Assembly: GCF_036321535.1 (NCBI RefSeq)
Contig: NC_087437.1
Span: forward strand, 7,874,001 to 7,938,000
DNA from: Camelus dromedarius
Lineage: Eukaryota
Direction: 5' to 3'
DNA: 64,000 bases
Under the pieces are notes generated by a model. It was not told the origin of the DNA. It did no database searches and was given only the letters and a program-made list of their open reading frames with translations. The first letter of the stretch is position 1. Each line of letters starts with the position of its first letter. The position numbers and the translations under genes were made by a program. This document shows, in pieces, positions 1-15,135 of this stretch.

Positions 1-1047
1 TTTTCAGAAATCCTATAAAGTAGTTCATATAAAGTTGTAGGAAATGTTAAGTGTTTTGAAGGTTAAGTATTTGGTTCAAAATCTCAGAAATCTGACTTCT
101 GAAATATGGATTCAGATTCTGTTTTTCTACTTACAAGATAAGAGATCTTTCCGATGTGCTATGTATTTAATTACTCATCTGAAGAACACAATTTATCAAT
201 TTAGAAAAAATATTAAGTGTTGGAGCGCAAACTTGGGTTAACAAACTTTGATGTTGTAAGGATTGCTTTTACTAAATTATATTCTCAATAAATATGAGAG
301 CTTTGGAGGAGCTCGGGGAGTTGGTCTCTGGCTTCCTCTCACTCTCTTGACTTGATAAAGTCTTGAGTAATTTTGTCCTTCCGTGGTGAGACTTCTGCTG
401 GACAAAACCCGCAAGTAAGGGAAAAATAAGTGAAACAAGCTTAGTGAAAAGTAGGTAGACATTAAATATTCAGAAGTTCAGTTGGAGATGGTAATTTGAA
501 AACATCGCTGAACTCTTCTCCTTCCTAAAATGTTAACTAAAGTGAAAAATAATAAATTTTAAACGGGGGAAAGTGTATAAGAGCTGGAAAAGAAAGGTTT
601 GTGTACAACCGATTCTACATTTATGAAGAAATGTATCTTATTTTGTATATAGAAAAAGATTTGGAGGACACACACCAAAATGTCAGCAGTCGTGGTGAAT
701 TACAGATGATTTTTATTTTCTGATTTTTGTTACCTTTATGTTTACATTTTCTACAACAAATGCCTTTTTTTTAAAAATTAATGAGTGGGTTAGATATTAT
801 TTACCAAGAAAAGAGACTAGCTAAAGCGCTAACAGTAACTTAAATATAACTCTTCAACTTCCACTTCAGAGTTTTGTCTGAGTCCAGAACCAGGGTGTCA
901 TCACAGTCATTTTCTGTGATTCTGTAATCATTAGGTTAAAACACTTTCATTCTGGATAGAGTAGTGAATCAATGAAAATTTAGGTAAGAAAACTTCTGTA
1001 GCTTAAGGTTTTGAATCTGAGGATAAATAAGAGTCTAAGATCTATAG

Positions 1048-1389
1048 CACTGCTGTCCAATAGAACTATAGCATGAACTAAAATTGTGAGCTGCGTGAAT
1101 AATTTTTAATGTTCCTGTAGCCACATTTTAAAAACGTAAACCCACACACAAAATTAATTTTAATAATATATTTTCTTTGACTCAGTATGCTTCAAATATT
1201 AGCATTTCAAATGTAAACAATATAAAAAGTTAGTCATGAAATAATTTACATTGTGTTTTACTAAAATCTTCAAAATCCTGTATGAATTTTATACTCACAG
1301 CACATCTCAATTTGCACTAGCCACATTTCAGGTGCTCAGCAGCCGCCCAGGGTTAATGGCTTACGTATCACATTAGGTAGGACAGTTCT
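1048..1389. mobile_element. MER33-like hAT-Charlie MITE
   Basis: Begins cactgctgtccaatagaa and contains cagcacatctcaatttgcactagccacatttcaggtgctca, characteristic of MER33/MER3. Confidence 0.75.
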
Positions 1390-1475
1390 GGAGTATCTGG
1401 AGTTTAGAAACTTAACACAAGGTTTTTTAAGTCTGCTAGAAATATTGGAACCCACGAATATAAATGCACAACTAG

Positions 1476-1619
<144 letters not shown>

Positions 1620-3858
1620 TAGTCTTCTCTCAAGGAGTGATGTTTCTTTCTAACTTGTAGTATTTAGTTTAGGCACCTTTTTGCCTTCCCATTCTCGGAA
1701 AATTCTCCATGTGATAGAACTTTATACCAAAGCCATAGAATAATTTGGCTTGAGTCTGTGCCACGTCCGAGTTGTTAAGATAGCGTTTGTAACTGTTCCT
1801 CCGTTCAGGCTGGATGCCCTGCCACTTACCAGCCCAGGGAAGCGGTGTGTCAGGAGACTCAAATTTCTGCTGTTCATCAGAGGGTAGCCATGTTTTCCTA
1901 TTAAGAATGCAGACTAATCCACGAAAACAACATTACCCAAAGGAAACGCTGTGTTGGTTCTGCATTGTAGGTTGGTTATATTTAACCAGTTTATTGGGTA
2001 AGAGGTTATGTACTTGCAATTTTTCAGGAATAAACATCTTTGGAAGTACATAAGGCTGTCAGAAATGATAGAGAACTGTATGAAGCACTCCCCTCTAGGA
2101 TGGTGAATTAATGCAAGGGTACCCCCAAACCTAGCCCAGGCTCCGCTCTCTCTCTTTTATTCTTGAATTCATTGCCCGTGAAAAGGATTCTGTCAACATG
2201 ATGCAGACTAGAAATGACAACTCCTTTAGAAGACGCACCTGGAGTTGATGAAGGGAGAATAGTGAACTAGTGTTAAACAGGCATAGGCGATCCAAAAGTC
2301 ACCAGGCGCAAGGCCAGCGTCCCCTGCCGGCTCTCTCCTCTCCTTTCCACCCAGCTCTGGGATCCTTGTGTCACGATCTCCTGCTAATTAGCAAATCCTT
2401 CCACAGGCAAAGCCAAGCCCAAGAAAGACATTTGAATGTACAGTTCTGGGGGTGTGTCTCCATTTGGTTGAATACCAGAATTCTATCTCAATCAGCAATT
2501 CTTCTGAGCAGTCATCCTCTTCTGGGGAAATGGAAGTATAAGAATCCTTGGTAGGACGAAGGTGAGGTGGGGGGAAGGTGAGCAGAGGCGGGCAGGTGTC
2601 AGTCCACAATCCTCATTCATTCATTTAATGGACTGACACATGTTGATATTCCTCTACTTGGGGCAAAGGGGCACAGAAATCGTGGAGATAGTTAAGCAGG
2701 TGTGAGTATTTGCTGTGGAAGCTGATGGTGGGTCCCACCTGGAAGTCTTCCTCATTGGCTCACAGACTCACCATACCCATCCACCTAGTGCTTCTGGTCC
2801 TGCACCCCCTTAGTCTCCTCATCTCGCTTTTCCCGACATCCACCCCAACACCCCCCCATTAAGGCAACAAATGCCCTTGATCTGTCTCCTAAATACCTCT
2901 CAGTTCTGTCTAAAGCTTTCTATCCTTACCACCACCACCCTTTTCCCTGCCACATTCATCTCTTGCCTGCCTGGCTACCAGTCTCTTCTCTGCTTTCACA
3001 CTGTTCTCCATACACAGTGAACTTTTTAAAGAACACAAACTTCTTCTTATTACTCTACTCTTAAATGCTTAAATCCCTGAGATGGATCCCTACTGCCCTT
3101 GGTAGGAAATCCAAACCCATTGCATAGTTGCTTTTTAAATGTCTCTTTTCCGTGCTAGACTCAAACTCCATGAGGGTCAATACATTTTCTTTATTCATTG
3201 CTCTCTCCTCTAAAGGAGGCCTGGCCCATTGCAGAAGACCTCTTATCATTTGTGGAATAAGTAGATTAACTTTGCAAAATATCTCTGCAAAATGAGCTTT
3301 TACTACTCTGCCACTTTGAATTGTTTTGAGTGACTTTTTTCTCCCACAACAAGTCTTCTACCGACAATTAACTAGAATTAGGACATATATATGTACATAC
3401 ATGACAGATACAGATATCTATATATAAATCAAACCGTTTCCACTCCAGCTAGCAATGACCCAGCCTTGCTTCTGTTCCTGACAGATATGAATGCATTTGT
3501 AAAAGTAAGATAGAGAAAAAGTGGAGATGAGAGAACCAGGAAATGGGAGAAATTACCTTTTAGAGCAACAGAGGAGGAGACAGAAAACCTGCAGTGGAGA
3601 TTAACACCTGAAACAGAAGTGGGTGGAAAATGCTTTCATGGGCACAGAAATCAAAATGTGGAAAGGAAAGAAAGGAGAAAAAGAACATCCCTCTTCCATG
3701 GCTTGGACACTGGCTGTGACATACTTTTAGAAAACGGTCAAAGAAAAGAAGATACGCCATTTTGGCACATGGTAGTGACTGTGTTCAGGAGAGGGGGAGG
3801 TTTGCCCTGGACGCATCCAATGAGTGTGGTCCTGGTCACCACCGTGATGTGGGCCTAG

Positions 3859-4230
<372 letters not shown>

Positions 4231-4514
4231 TGACAAATGTGGACGAATTTCCGCTTTAGTCACTGACCCTCTCTCCAGCTCTGTTTCTCCATGTGTTACA
4301 AGGAGATAGCAATTATGGCCCATTTGTGAAATTAAATGAAATAATCTAGGTGAATTATTTAACATAAAGTAAGCACTAAGTAAATGATGCTTGTTATAAT
4401 TAGTGTCATGAATGTATTGATATTTGATTTAACTGGTGCTTTTTTTCACTTTTTCAGGTACTTTAATCTTTAATGAGTTAAAGAAATCATTAGTCCACTG
4501 ATGAATCAAGAAGG

Positions 4515-4770
4515 AGATGGGAAAATATAAATTGGGAGTTCAAGATTTGCAGATACTAACTACTATATATAAAATAGATAAACAACAAGTGTATACTGTA
4601 TAGCACAGGGAACTATATTCAACATCTTGAAAAAGAAAATGAAAATGAATATGTGTATGTATATGTATGACTGAACTATTATGCTGTACACCAGAAATTG
4701 ACACAACACTGTAAACTGACAATACTTCAATTTCAAAAAATTTTTAATTTAAAAATAAAAATAAAAATGG
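4515..4770 (+). mobile_element. Young L1 3' end fragment
   Basis: ataaattgggagttcaagatttgcagatac...tgctgtacaccagaaattgacacaac...cttcaat + A-rich tail; the same family recurs across the window. Confidence 0.8.
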
Positions 4771-4924
4771 CAACATTCAGGTTTTAAAGAAAGAGTGGGG
4801 AATGAATCAGAGTAATCAAAGGCCCAAGACTCTCTTCTTTTTCCCTGACCTATATTTGCTGTGTAACTTGGAGCACTTCACCTATAGGTCTTATATCATC
4901 TCTCCACATAAGATAAAGTAATTT

Positions 4925-5180
4925 TTTAAACAATTTCATTGAGGTATATTGTGCATATCATAAAATTCACCCATTTCAAGTGTACAGTTTAATGATTTTT
5001 TAGTAACTTTACTGAGTGGTTCAACCATACCAGGTGAGTTTTAGAATATTTTTACCTCCCTAACAAGATCTCTCACACCCGTTTAAGATTAATCCCTGTC
5101 CCCACATCCAGCCCTAGGCAACCACTTACCCACTTTCTGTTTCCACAAATTTGTCTTTTCTGGACATTTCATATAAATAG
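4925..5180 (-). mobile_element. Old L1 (L1M-type) 3' fragment
   Basis: attgaggtata...aaaattcacccatttcaagtgtacag...ccctaggcaaccact...ctggacatttcatataaat. Confidence 0.7.
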
Positions 5181-5199
5181 AGAAGATTAGTTCTGAATC

Positions 5200-5760
5200 A
5201 CTGTCTTAATTTGGGTGCCCCTCCCCCCAAATTAAATATTTTTTAAAGAAACAGATTTGGGGGGAGGTTATAGCTCAAGTGGTACAGTGCGTGCTTAGGA
5301 TGTGCAAGGTCCTGGGTTCAATCCCCAGCACCTCCTCTATAAACAAACAAACAAACCAACCTAATAAAAAATAAAGAAACAGATTTTGAGACAATGATTT
5401 AGATGCAGATTGTTTCTTTGGAAGGTGATCCAGGAAGCAAGATGAAGAGGTAGAGAAATAAGACAGAAAAGAAAGGAAACAAATTAATAAGGGTGTATTA
5501 ATGAGATCATTGTTCTTTGGGCAACTGGAGCTTAGTCCTGCTGGGACCACAGAGAGCCTGTGTGGGACAACTCAGAATTGTTCTTCCATGAGACAAGCGA
5601 AAGTGGAGATGAGGGTGGTCCCAGAGGGATTAACTGCAGGCTTAGCTGCAGAGGAGACTAGAAAGCACCTTCAGACAGGAGTATGCGGGAAGACCTGTCT
5701 TCAGTGTCCTTCAGGGTAGACCTCGGCCAAGTACAGTGAGCAGGAACAGACAGGGTAATA
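5200..5760. mobile_element. Old MaLR LTR (MLT1-type) interrupted by a SINE
   Basis: Motif gtttctttggaaggtgatccaggaagca...agacagaaaagaaaggaa, related to the element at ~38050-38470. Confidence 0.55.
5259..5371 (+). mobile_element. tRNA-Ala-derived SINE (vic-1-like)
   Basis: A-box tagctcaagtgg, B-box ggttcaatccc, (AAAC)n tail, perfect 15-bp TSD taaagaaacagattt (5244-5258 / 5372-5386). Confidence 0.92.
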
Positions 5761-8161
5761 GGGCTGAAGGTTCTGATTCCCTGATGAGATCTCGGTTCAA
5801 AATGTAACCAACTGACGCTACTCATGTGAGATTTGAGAAAAATGAACTTCATCTAATCATAATCAGTTTCCAGTTATCTGTAAGAATGGAAAACTGGGCA
5901 GCTTGTCATAAAATCCGTAGGTTTTTGTTCAACCTGTGTTCCATCAGCGTAGTAAAGATCTGTGTTTTACGGCCATCTCTCCTTCCGAGCCTACACTGTC
6001 TGGAAGTGTGATTGTTGCTAACAAGACGTAAGAAGGCCAAAGGGCAGACTAATAAGACAGGGGTAGAAAAACTAACTGGCTTGAAACTCCTTAAATCACA
6101 AGGACTTGGCCATGTGTGGGATCGCCCAAATAATTTCTTGTTAAAAATACACCAGAACAAAACAGAGTGAACACTCTGCTGGAGACCCAGACATTAACCT
6201 TTTTATTAAGCAATTTCCTTTCAGATATTAGTCTCAGATTAAACCACCCATTAATACCATATGAATTATTTTCCCTCACTTTTGAGGAGATTATTTAATG
6301 GTTTTAAGAACTGACTGACTAATATCTTAGCTCAAATGCTGGACTTAATGATTAGTCTGGGGTTAAAAAAAAATGTGTTTGTATCTTCACCTTTTGAAAC
6401 GTAGATAGTTTTTCCAATTTACAGCTATAAATCCACACACTACATGATTTTCCTTTCACAATGTGAGCCCAGTAGATGTGGTAAAACACATAGCCAGTTG
6501 AAAAACAAAATATTTCCCCAGTGTGCTTCTGTATCCATGATTGCTTTTCTGGTGAGATACCGTAAATCTTGTTATCTTGTCATAAATTGAAATAAAAAAG
6601 AGCAAGATAAAGTACGAGTGATCTAATTATCCATCCCTAAAGAATTAGTTTTTCCATATAGGAAAATATCCTATTTCTTCATGTTGAAGCTTAAGTTAAA
6701 AAGATCTAATTTTTTTACACGTAATTTAATTTATGCATAATCTTGACCCTTTGGGTAGTGCATTAAAACTCACTAAGACAGAATAAAAATACAAATTGAC
6801 TTCAAACTGTAAAATTACCGTTCTTTTAACCGCCCACTTCTTTTTCCCTCATGTCTCCTACAAAATAATCTTTATATAGCCAAAAAACAAATCTGTCTTT
6901 CAAAGGCTAAGACTAATTTTTTCATTTCACCTGTTTCCCACTACTCACATAGTGATTGTTGGATCGCTCTGTCCTTTGTTTATTCTGTCCTTTGCTTAGC
7001 AGTAAGCACGAGAAGGGTTGATAATAAACGTGGGAGGCACTGCATGGTAATAACTCTGCAACAAAGGGGCAACCCCCCAAATAGGTGAGGCACATTGAAC
7101 CACTGTATAATCTGGAGGGCATCACACAATCCCCATTCTGATATTTAGGGTGTAAAGAAATTGTTCACTGATATGTAGATTTCATAATCAGCTGGCTTAA
7201 TACAGAACGAAATCTGTGAACCTACATTCACAGAACAGGTAGGAGTGTTTAAAAGATGTAGGGCAGCTGCTAATATTAGAACACCTTTGAAAACATTGCC
7301 GTTGCTTTACAGCAGAGAAAGAAATAGTGAAATTCTAAAAGTGTTTAAAAATAACAAAACGTCCCAGTGGGGGCCATGGGCTGCGTGAGTCACATGCTCC
7401 AATTCTGAAAAGGTTTGTAGGTAAGGCTCAGAGTGTTTCCTCATTTCTGAAATCTGGATGACCCAGAAAAACTCTGCAGGCAAGCCTGCCAAAGAAGCTG
7501 TGTGCCCCACCACAGCAGAGAAGGAGGAGACGCTTTGGAGAGAAAAGGACCTTTAGATCTCCACCCACAGCTCTGTGACTTCAGCAAAAATCTGAACTCT
7601 GATTTCCCTCTATTAAATAGTAATAATAGAATCTGTAATAGAGGATTGTTGTAAGGACTTTTTATGTAATGTACCAAACATGGCAACTTCCCTTAATAAA
7701 TGGTCAAATGCTCATTCCCTCCTCATACAAGGTTTAAATGTGACTCTCCAGTTAGCACCCCTGCTACCTAACAGTGCCCCGGGCAGAGTGATAGAGGAGA
7801 GAGAATTAGTCACTGCTTATGGAATAAAATGAAAATTAATGGACTTAAGGGAAACATATTTGATCATGAAAATGACTGCTTTCACCTAAGACTTACCTTT
7901 CACTATGAAGATGCTCAATATAAAATTAGAACAGAAAATGGTAGGATCAAAAATTTATATTTCAATGCATCTTATTTTAGCTAAATAGTTTGATATAATA
8001 GTGTCACTGTGCTGAAGAACACATTCTATGACACTTACAGATTTAAGGGCAAAGAGACCCAGTTTGCTAGTTTAACAATACTTAACCGTTACCTGGTATT
8101 ACACTAAATATATAACTGGCAAAATGATAACAAAACTAGACAGAAAAGAATCTGCCAGGCT

Positions 8162-8891
8162 CTTTTTCAATTGAAGTATTATTAATTTATAATATGTTAT
8201 TTTCTGGTGTATAGCATAGTGATTCAGTTATACATATATATATATTCTTTTTCACATTCTTTGTCTTACAGGTTTTTACAAGATACTGACTATAGTTCCC
8301 TGCGCTATACAGTAGGACCTTGTTGTTTATCTATTTTATATATAGTAATGTGTCTCTACTAATCCCAAACTCCTAATTTATCCCTCCCCTCTTCTTTTCC
8401 ATTTGGTAACCATAAGTTTATTTTCTATGTCAGTGAGTCTATCTCTGTTTTGTAAATAAGTTCATTTGTGTCCTTTTTTTAGATTCCATATATAAGTGAT
8501 ATCATATGGTATTTTTCTTTCTCTGTCTGACTTACTTCACTTAGTATGGTAATCTCTAGTTCCATCCATGTTGCTGAAAATGGCATTATTTTATTCTTTT
8601 TTATGGCTGAGTAGTATTCCATTGTGTATCTATATCACAACTTCTTTATCCAGTCATCTGTTGTTGGACACTTAAGTTGCTTCCATGTCTTGTCTATTGT
8701 ACATAGTGCTACCATGAACATTGGGGTGCCCATATGTTTCCAAACTAGAGTTTTCTCTGGATATATGCCAAGGAATGGGATTGCTGGATCATATGGTAAC
8801 TAAAAACATAGGTTTTTAGTTTTTTAAGGAATCTCCATACTGTTTCCATTGTACCTGCACCAAATTACATTCCCACCAACAGTGTAGGAGG
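8162..8891 (-). mobile_element. 5'-truncated young L1
   Basis: L1 ORF2 end and 3' UTR in reverse; TSD agaa(t/c)ctgccaggct at 8147-8161 / 8892-8906. Confidence 0.9.
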
Positions 8892-9219
8892 AGAACCTGC
8901 CAGGCTTAACAGAACGATAATCACAGCCAAGTCTTCATTTTCAAAGTGAAAGAACACAGTGGTTTATTAAACCATCCTTGTCCACCAGAGTGCACTTTGG
9001 CTGGAATTCTCTAATTGCCACATTTTAGCATTTTATTCTGTAGGTACATCAAGGAGCCAGTCAATGTTAGGCCATTTTAATCCACTTTGAGCCTTAAATG
9101 TATTAAGGAGAATGAAATGTATACATGCCTTAAAAGACACGAACTTCGTAGAAACAACAGCTTATATTGACTCTTTTTGAGAGAGAAGTCTGGCTTCTCA
9201 TACTGTTTAGTAACTCCTT

Positions 9220-11350
9220 CTTTTAAACAACCTTATTGAGATATAATTAACATGTCATACAATTCATCCATTTTACAATTCGAGGGCTTTTAGGATATTC
9301 ACAGACTTGTGCGTCCATCACCATAATACATTGTTGAGCATTTCTTTACCCCACAAAGAACCCTTGCACCACATAGCCATCACCCTGACACCAGCAGCTC
9401 CCCCACCCTCGGCCTCAGGCAACCAGTAATCTACATTCTGTGCCTATAAATTTATTCTGTTCCAGACATTTCATAGAAATGGAATCATACAACATGCTCC
9501 TTTGGGCTCCTTTGTGACTGACTTTCTTCCCTTAGCATAACATTTTCGAGGTTTTCAGCTCACAGTGTCATACCAGTACTTTATTCCTTTTTATCACCAA
9601 ATAGTATCTCATTGTATAGATATCCCACATTTTGTTCATTCACTTACCAGTTGATGGGCATTTGTGTCGTAACCACCTTTTGGCTAATATGAATAATGCT
9701 GCTGTGAACATACATAAACATCCACACAAGGTTTTGTGGGGGCCCTGTTTTAATTTCTCTTGGGTAAGGAAAAATTGCTGGTGAGTGTGTAAACACTTGA
9801 GGAATCCCAGGCTGTTTCCCAAAGCAGCACAAGCATTTTTCACTTAGCAGCAGATGAAGGTTCCAAGCTCTCCACTTCCTCACCAACAAATTTTATTTGT
9901 TACTATGTGAATTTTTTTTATTACAACCATTCGAGTGTGTGTGAACTGGGATCTCGTTGTGGTTTTCCTTTGCATTTCCCTGGATAGCTAATGTTTAGCA
10001 TCTTTTCATGTGCTTATTGGCCATTTGTATGCCTTTGGAGAACTGTCTATTCAGATCCTCTATTCATTTTAAAATTGGGTTGTCTGTTTATTAGAATTGT
10101 AAGACATCTTTATTCTAGGTAATAAGTTATAAGTCAGTTTTCTTCTCCCATTCTTTAAGCTGCTCTCTCATTTTCTTAATGTTTTGCTATAAAGCACAAA
10201 AATGTTAATTTTGGTGATATCCAGTTTATCTGGGTTTTTTTTCTTTTGTTCTTTGTGATTCTGAGGTCACATCTAAGAAGCCATTGCCTAGCCCAAGGTC
10301 ATGACGATTTGTTCCTCTGTTTTCTTCTAAGAGTTTTATAGTGTGAGCACTTACATTTAGGTCTTTAATCTATTTTGAGTTAATTTTTGTAAATGGTGTG
10401 AGGTATGGGTCTAATTTTACTTAACTTTTTATGTGAATGTCCATTTGTCACATTACCATTTGTTACCAACACTGTGCCTTCCCCACTAAATGGTCTTAAC
10501 ACTCTTGTGAGACTCAGCTGGCCATTAATGTGAGGGTTCATTTCTGGACTGTTTATTCTATTGATCTATGTGTCCATTCATATCTTTTTAAATTTCTTTC
10601 AACACTCTCCATTACAGTTGGAGAACACACTTTGTATGATTTTGATCCTGTTAAATTGATTGAGATTTCTTTAATGGCATAGCGTAAGATCTTACCTGGA
10701 GAATGTTCCGCGTGTGCTTGAGAAGACTGTGTATTCTACAGTTGTTGGGTGAATATCCTACAGATATCTGTTCCGTCTATGACTGTGGGCCTGTAATGTT
10801 TAAGTTTTCTATTTCCTTGTTGATCTGCCCGGTTGTTTTATTTATTATTAAAAATGAGATATTGTAGTCTCCAACTATTATTGCTGATTGTCTCTTTCTC
10901 CCTTCAGTTCTTTTTTTGGTCCGTGTGTTTACTGCTGTGTTGTTAGGTGTATATATACTTATAATTTTGTTATAATTTCCTGTAAGGGATTTTCTATAAT
11001 TTGACCACCTTTTTAACAAAATGTCTCCTCTTTATCTCTAGTAAAAAATTGTAAGTCTATTTTGTCTGATATTAATATAGCCTTTCAGGCTTTCTTGTGG
11101 TTGCTCTTTGCATGATATATCTTTTTTCATCCTTCTACTTTGAACCTACTTATATCTTTGACTCTAAAGTGTGTCTTCTGTTGACAGCTTATGGTTGAAT
11201 CTTGATTTTTTTGGTTCAGTCTATCAATATTTGCCTTTTGATCAGGTTGCTTAATTCATTCATATTTAATGTTATTGATATACTTTGATTTATGTCTTCT
11301 ATTTTAATTTTTATTTTCTATTTGTCTCATGTCTGCTTGCTTTTAGTTAC
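9220..11350 (-). mobile_element. Old L1 (L1M-type) with internal deletion
   Basis: Reverse 3' UTR and ORF2 (MFTAALFILAK-like peptide), then a jump at ~10580 to the endonuclease region (IYTPNN, IIVGDYN in ORF 10777..11019). Confidence 0.85.
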
Positions 11351-12039
11351 TAATTGTGGGCTTCTTTGTCAAGTATTCTTTTTTAAGATATGGTCAAAAC
11401 ACTGGTTTTGATGGTTATTATGGTTACTTAATAAAACAGGATTGCCTAGACCAAAGGGTAGATGTTCCTCACTTAGTTTATATAATTCCAAAAACATTAG
11501 AATACTTGAACATTTTTGTTCTTTTTCAGATGATTTAAAATAAAACTTCGAGAATAATTCCTCTGTGGTTAAGTACATCTGGTATATTTTACTTAAAATT
11601 AACTTGTATTCTTAGCGATGCATATTAGTCATTAGCATACTAAGGCTCTATGAGTTCTTGCAGTAAAAAAACTAAATTAACTTATTTTTAGCCTGCATTG
11701 ACCAAATGCATTTGCTTATGGATCACATTAGTGACAAAATTATATTAACATTTTCTTTCCCATTAGCATCCCTTGGAGTAATACGGGAAGCACAGAGCTG
11801 AGGATGAAGCCTCTTTCAGATGTTATCCAAAATTCTGATCTTCCTTTTTTAGTCTATGCTATTCTGAGTTTGGTTTTGCCCCATTTTCTATACCAGGATT
11901 TATCCACTTTCTTATTTCAGGTCTCTTTTTGGTGTTCCAGAACATTCTTGATTTTTCTTTTGCACCTGCTTAAAGTTCACTTCAGGTATAGTCTTTACCA
12001 ATTGATTTCTGTAAAGGTTTGTACCATCCACATGTTGCC

Positions 12040-12532
12040 CAAAACATATATGTGTGTATACACCTATATATACAGAGAGCGAGTGAGTGAGAGATTTATT
12101 ATAAGGAATTGGCTCACATAAGCACAGAGGCTCAGGAGTCACAAGACCTGCAGTTGGCAACCTGGAGACCCAAGAGAGCTGATGATACAATCCCAGGTCA
12201 AATGCAAAGGTCTGAAAACCAAGAAAGCTCATAGGAGTAAGTCTATAAGTGCTAGTGCAAAAGTCAGCAGGCCCTGAAGGCAGGAGAAGACTGATGTCCC
12301 AGACCAAGAGTCAGGCAGGAAGAGTTCCCTTTTAGTTGGCCTTTTTGTGCTATTCAGGTCTCTAATTGACTAAGGTCCACATACATTAAGGACAGTCTTC
12401 TTTACTCAGTGTACTAATTCAAATGTTAATCTCATCCAGAAACAGCTTCCCAGACACACCCAGAGTAACGTTTGACCAAATGTCTGGGCACCTCAGGGCC
12501 CAGTCAAGTTGATGAATGAAATTAACCACCAC
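12040..12532 (-). mobile_element. MLT2-type ERVL LTR
   Basis: gatttattataaggaattggctcac...gttaatctcatccagaaac...cagtcaagttga...aaattaaccaccaca. Confidence 0.8.
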
Positions 12533-12646
12533 ATCCACCAAAGACTTTCTGTTTGTTAGTCCAGTGGCTTTCTTTCCAGCTAAGTCATTGGCCTCTTACA
12601 ATGTTTAAACTGCTTTGGTGGGAATAATTCTTTTCTGATTGGGTCT

Positions 12647-12677
<31 letters not shown>

Positions 12678-14644
12678 GTATTCTTCTATGGCCAAGATGT
12701 TATGGTTCTTTTTATGAGACAAAATTAAACATCTTCTCAAACCAGAATTTAGGAAGTTATTTTCGTTTCACCTTTTACAGTTTCATATATTGTAAGTTAC
12801 GTATATGTGTGACGAGAACCAAAACTTGCAAGAGACCAGTTCTCTTCTTGACACCCCTCCTTTGCTCGGAATCTCACCGAGTGGTCTGGAGCCCGTTGTC
12901 GCACTGACACATTAGCACACTCTTAGAAGAGATGAGAAATCTACTCATATCAACTCGGCCTCTAGCATTTTAGCATCCAAGCTCCGGTTGCTATTGAGAC
13001 CGACAGAAAAAACATCTTCTTTTCAGACATGACTGTGTTTACATCACATTTCATAATTGGATCATAGATCATGGCCTTTAAAAATAGCTATTCCAGCTAT
13101 CTCCTTAGACCCATTATTTTCTTAAAGCTTTAAAGAATCATTTTATAATAGTCATTAAGACTACAAGTCAGATTTCAAATTTGGTTTTGTGACATCAACA
13201 TCTTTTAACTGTTTTTTCCTCATTTTCAACTTCCTTACTAGTAACTGTTTCTGAAATATTGAAGTGTCCCACCATTCTCAGAAAGGCATTGTTACAGGGT
13301 AAAGTATCCCGAGGTAGCAAACAAACTCAAAATCCCATTGGTTCAAATGTATTTCTTATTCAAGCAAAGCACCTAATGCTACTTAGCAAGAGGGGACACC
13401 ACTACCTGGACTGTCTGTCATTGGTTAGTTATGTTCCATTTGAAGAGGGGAAGATAGGCAATCATTTTGGCTCAAAAGATATACACATCATTTCTGTTCA
13501 CATTTCATTAACCAGAACTAATTGCATGGATACAGTTAATTTCAAGAGACAAAAAAGTATAGTCTTCTGTGTACTCCAGAAATAACAGAAAACTAGATAC
13601 TGGCAAGCACTAGTAATGTCTCCCCCAGCATCCAAACACGAGTAGGGAAATCTTGTCTCCTCTTTCGTTTTGCTTGAGGTTGAATGCTAATTCATCCCCG
13701 ATTAAATGTGTCATACAATATCCAAGTAAACAGATACAGGTAATGACATGTTTTCTGCTGAAAACCAGGGAGAGAATCTCAGTTGTTTTCCAGATTATGC
13801 TTGAGAGAGCTATCAGTTAAGTTTTAAATTTGTGTCAACTAGATCCGTGAAGTCTCCTTCAGTCAAATAAAGGGAACAGTAATAACAGACGTTGTTCTTT
13901 AATTAAGAGTTGCTTTACTGCTTTTCTAAATGGCTATGAAAACTCAGGGCTCTATCAGTAATTCATGTAAGGAAACCTTCATGAGGGATACCCAATGGTC
14001 CAGGTCTTTCTTGAGTTCTCTGGTTAGTGTTATCTTTATATCTTTTCATCGGCAATTGACTCGACTGAAACACCCCGATATAATCGCCAGTCCCTCCCTA
14101 AATCTGACTGGACACTCTCTTTTCTTTCTCATCATGGTCATATATACCTCTCCACCGTCAGTTCTCAAAAGCAAGATATAAGCAAAGGCTGTACATTCAC
14201 TTTTTGACAAAGAAAAACTTAAGTCCATTTAATGGCTGGCAAAACCATTCTGCTTTTTTCATTTTAATATATATGTACTGTTGATGTTAGTGCTGCATTT
14301 TGTGGACACGGTGTCTAAACTGGAATATATCCAAATAATTAATGATTTGTAGGACACTTTCTGGTATTTTTCCATTTCTCAAGCCTCTTTGTGTAGGTGG
14401 ATTTGTAGCATTTGTGAGAGTTTTACTGATAATAAATAAGTAAATAAATTAAAATGAACCCTAAAGAATAGGGAGGAAATCTCAAAAGGAAAAACAAGTG
14501 TCACTAAATTTTGTGAAGTGAAGTGTGGATTTTAAATGCATGTGACGTTTGGAGATGAAATATTTTTGTCCTCTTGCCCGGGATTACTTAGATGTAGACC
14601 TCTTCTCACCTTTGACTAGAGGGACTAAACGGATGTGACAGTTA

Positions 14645-15135
14645 AGTGTCCTAGTGAGACCAGTGCCACATTCCAGATGGGCGATTTGAGCTGCGTTGAA
14701 CAAAAGGAGTATTTGCAAAGGAGTGAGTAGAGTGTAGGGAAACCACAAAGATGGAACAGCCCCTCCTGCCGTGGGACAACAGCAACGGAAGTTCACTACC
14801 TCTCTGAGGTCCGAGGGGCCAGAGTAGAGAATGGTTACAGGACCTTGAGTCAGAGAAAGCTGGATGGAGAAGGCCACCTGATAGGAGCCATGACCTGTTG
14901 TTGGTACCTTCTGTGACCTTCTGCCTGCCTCAGCCCTGTAGGGAAGCAGCCAGAGGAGCACGGCCCCTGCCTCCCTGTGCTGCCTCCCTTCCATCTGTTG
15001 CTTCTGCAATGGCCAAACCAGCCAGAGGCCAGAGCGCCAGTGAGGCTACTGATGGAGCCCATACAAGCCAGCCTCCAGGGGCAGAATCGGTTGGAAGGTG
15101 GATCTACTTTAGAGATACAAATGGAAATGTTTGGT
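14645..15135. mobile_element. Old ERVL LTR (LTR33-like)
   Basis: GC-richer block ending gccagcctccaggggcaga...ggtggatct...caaatggaa; family assignment from memory. Confidence 0.5.
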
